The notes below the pieces were generated by a model, which saw only the letters and a list, made by a program, of their open reading frames with translations, did no database searches and was not told the origin of the DNA. From the IMG/VR virus record IMGVR_UViG_2585427757_000019: a DNA stretch of 7,385 nt; one strand, written 5' to 3'. Both the position numbers and the translations under genes were made by a program. The stretch is from a virus (lineage: Duplodnaviria > Heunggongvirae > Uroviricota > Caudoviricetes). Shown here in pieces: positions 6,367-7,385 of the stretch; position 1 is the first letter of the stretch, and the number at the start of each line of letters is the position of its first letter.

Positions 6367-7385
6367 AAAAGCTAGGGGATTTACCTGATGTCACTTTTGA
6401 AGAGGCCTGCCTAAGATGGCTTGAGGAAAAAGCTGATAAAAAATCTCTCGATTCAGATAAAAGCCGGATTGAGTTCTGGCTTGAACATTTTGAGGGTATA
6501 AGGCTTAAAGATATCTCGGAGGCAAAGATTTACTCTGCTGTAAGCAGAATGCATAACAGAAAGACGAAAGAAATATGGAAACAGAAAGTTCAGGCCGCCA
6601 TCAGGAAAGGTAAAGAACCGCCTGTTTATGAACCAAAGCCAGTATCAACTCAGACAAAGGCAAAGCATCTTGCCATGATAAAGGCCATTCTCCGTGCTGC
6701 AGAACGCGACTGGAAGTGGCTGGAAAAAGCGCCTGTCATCAAGATACCAGCGGTCAGAAACAAGCGAGTCAGATGGCTGGAAAAGGAGGAAGCAAAACGC
6801 CTTATTGATGAGTGCCCCGAACCACTGAAATCTGTCGTCAAGTTTGCGCTGGCAACTGGTCTGAGAAAGTCGAACATCATAAATCTGGAATGGCAACAAA
6901 TCGACATGCAGCGACGAGTTGCCTGGGTGAATCCAGAAGAGAGCAAATCAAACCGCGCCATTGGTGTGGCGCTGAACGATACCGCCTGTAAAGTGTTGCG
7001 TGATCAAATAGGCAAGCATCACAAATGGGTGTTTGTACATACCAAGGCGGCTAAGCGAGCAGATGGAACATCAACGCCTGCGGTCAGGAAGATGCGCATC
7101 GACAGCAAGACATCATGGCTATCAGCTTGTCGTCGTGCAGGAATTGAAGATTTCCGTTTCCATGACCTCAGACACACCTGGGCAAGCTGGCTGATTCAGT
7201 CAGGCGTCCCATTATCAGTGCTTCAGGAAATGGGCGGATGGGAGTCCATAGAAATGGTTCGTAGGTATGCTCACCTTGCGCCTAATCATTTGACAGAGCA
7301 TGCGAGGAAAATAGACGACATTTTTGGTGATAATGTCCCAAATATGTCCCACTCTGGAATTATGGAGGATATAAAGAAGGCGTAA
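6222..7385 (+). CDS. int: Tyrosine-type site-specific integrase
   Basis: 387-aa ORF with GAGGA upstream. N-terminal arm-binding-type domain ([27 protein letters not shown]...). C-terminal catalytic motifs HDLRHTWAS and RRYAHL (catalytic Tyr). Overall resemblance to Stx-phage 933W-type integrases from memory. The stop codon is the last triplet of the window, so any attachment site lies beyond it. Confidence 0.93.
   Translation: MSLFRRNEIWYASYSLPGGKRIKESLGTKDKRQAQELHDKRKAELWRVEKLGDLPDVTFEEACLRWLEEKADKKSLDSDKSRIEFWLEHFEGIRLKDISEAKIYSAVSRMHNRKTKEIWKQKVQAAIRKGKEPPVYEPKPVSTQTKAKHLAMIKAILRAAERDWKWLEKAPVIKIPAVRNKRVRWLEKEEAKRLIDECPEPLKSVVKFALATGLRKSNIINLEWQQIDMQRRVAWVNPEESKSNRAIGVALNDTACKVLRDQIGKHHKWVFVHTKAAKRADGTSTPAVRKMRIDSKTSWLSACRRAGIEDFRFHDLRHTWASWLIQSGVPLSVLQEMGGWESIEMVRRYAHLAPNHLTEHARKIDDIFGDNVPNMSHSGIMEDIKKA

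Noticed and set aside
6131-6961. Minus-strand ORFs 6131-6313, 6645-6899 and 6650-6961
   Set aside because: Antisense to xis and int. The integrase frame has all the catalytic motifs.

Overview
This window reads as the immunity-to-integrase arm of a lambdoid prophage, in reverse orientation relative to the standard lambda map, with an IS21-family element inserted at its left edge. Left to right: the 3' end of an IS21-type istB (1-246) and the IS right end (to about 303), which cuts off a lambda-O-like replication gene after about 27 codons; a YdaT-like gene in the cII position and a Cro/YdaS-like gene (both minus strand); a divergent operator/promoter region; a CI-type repressor with an S24 autopeptidase domain (1414-2103); an intrinsic terminator; an OL/pL-like region; a roughly 190-nt leader with no N-like ORF; an unrecognised 96-codon ORF in the kil slot; gam-bet-exo that match phage lambda Red as I remember it; small ORFs of the orf60a/orf63/orf61 type; a second intrinsic terminator; a TraR/DksA-family zinc-finger gene; an unknown 92-codon ORF; an HTH excisionase; and a tyrosine integrase whose stop codon is the last triplet of the window. 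All family assignments are from reading the translations and from memory of the families, with no database search run. The parts I consider most worth follow-up are the N-less pL leader with two long inverted repeats, the unknown ORF in the kil position, the small-gene cluster between exo and xis (including an unlisted 27-codon hydrophobic micro-ORF), and the IS21-truncated replication module. I see no large multi-gene novel system here; the candidates are small phage accessory genes and RNA/DNA elements.
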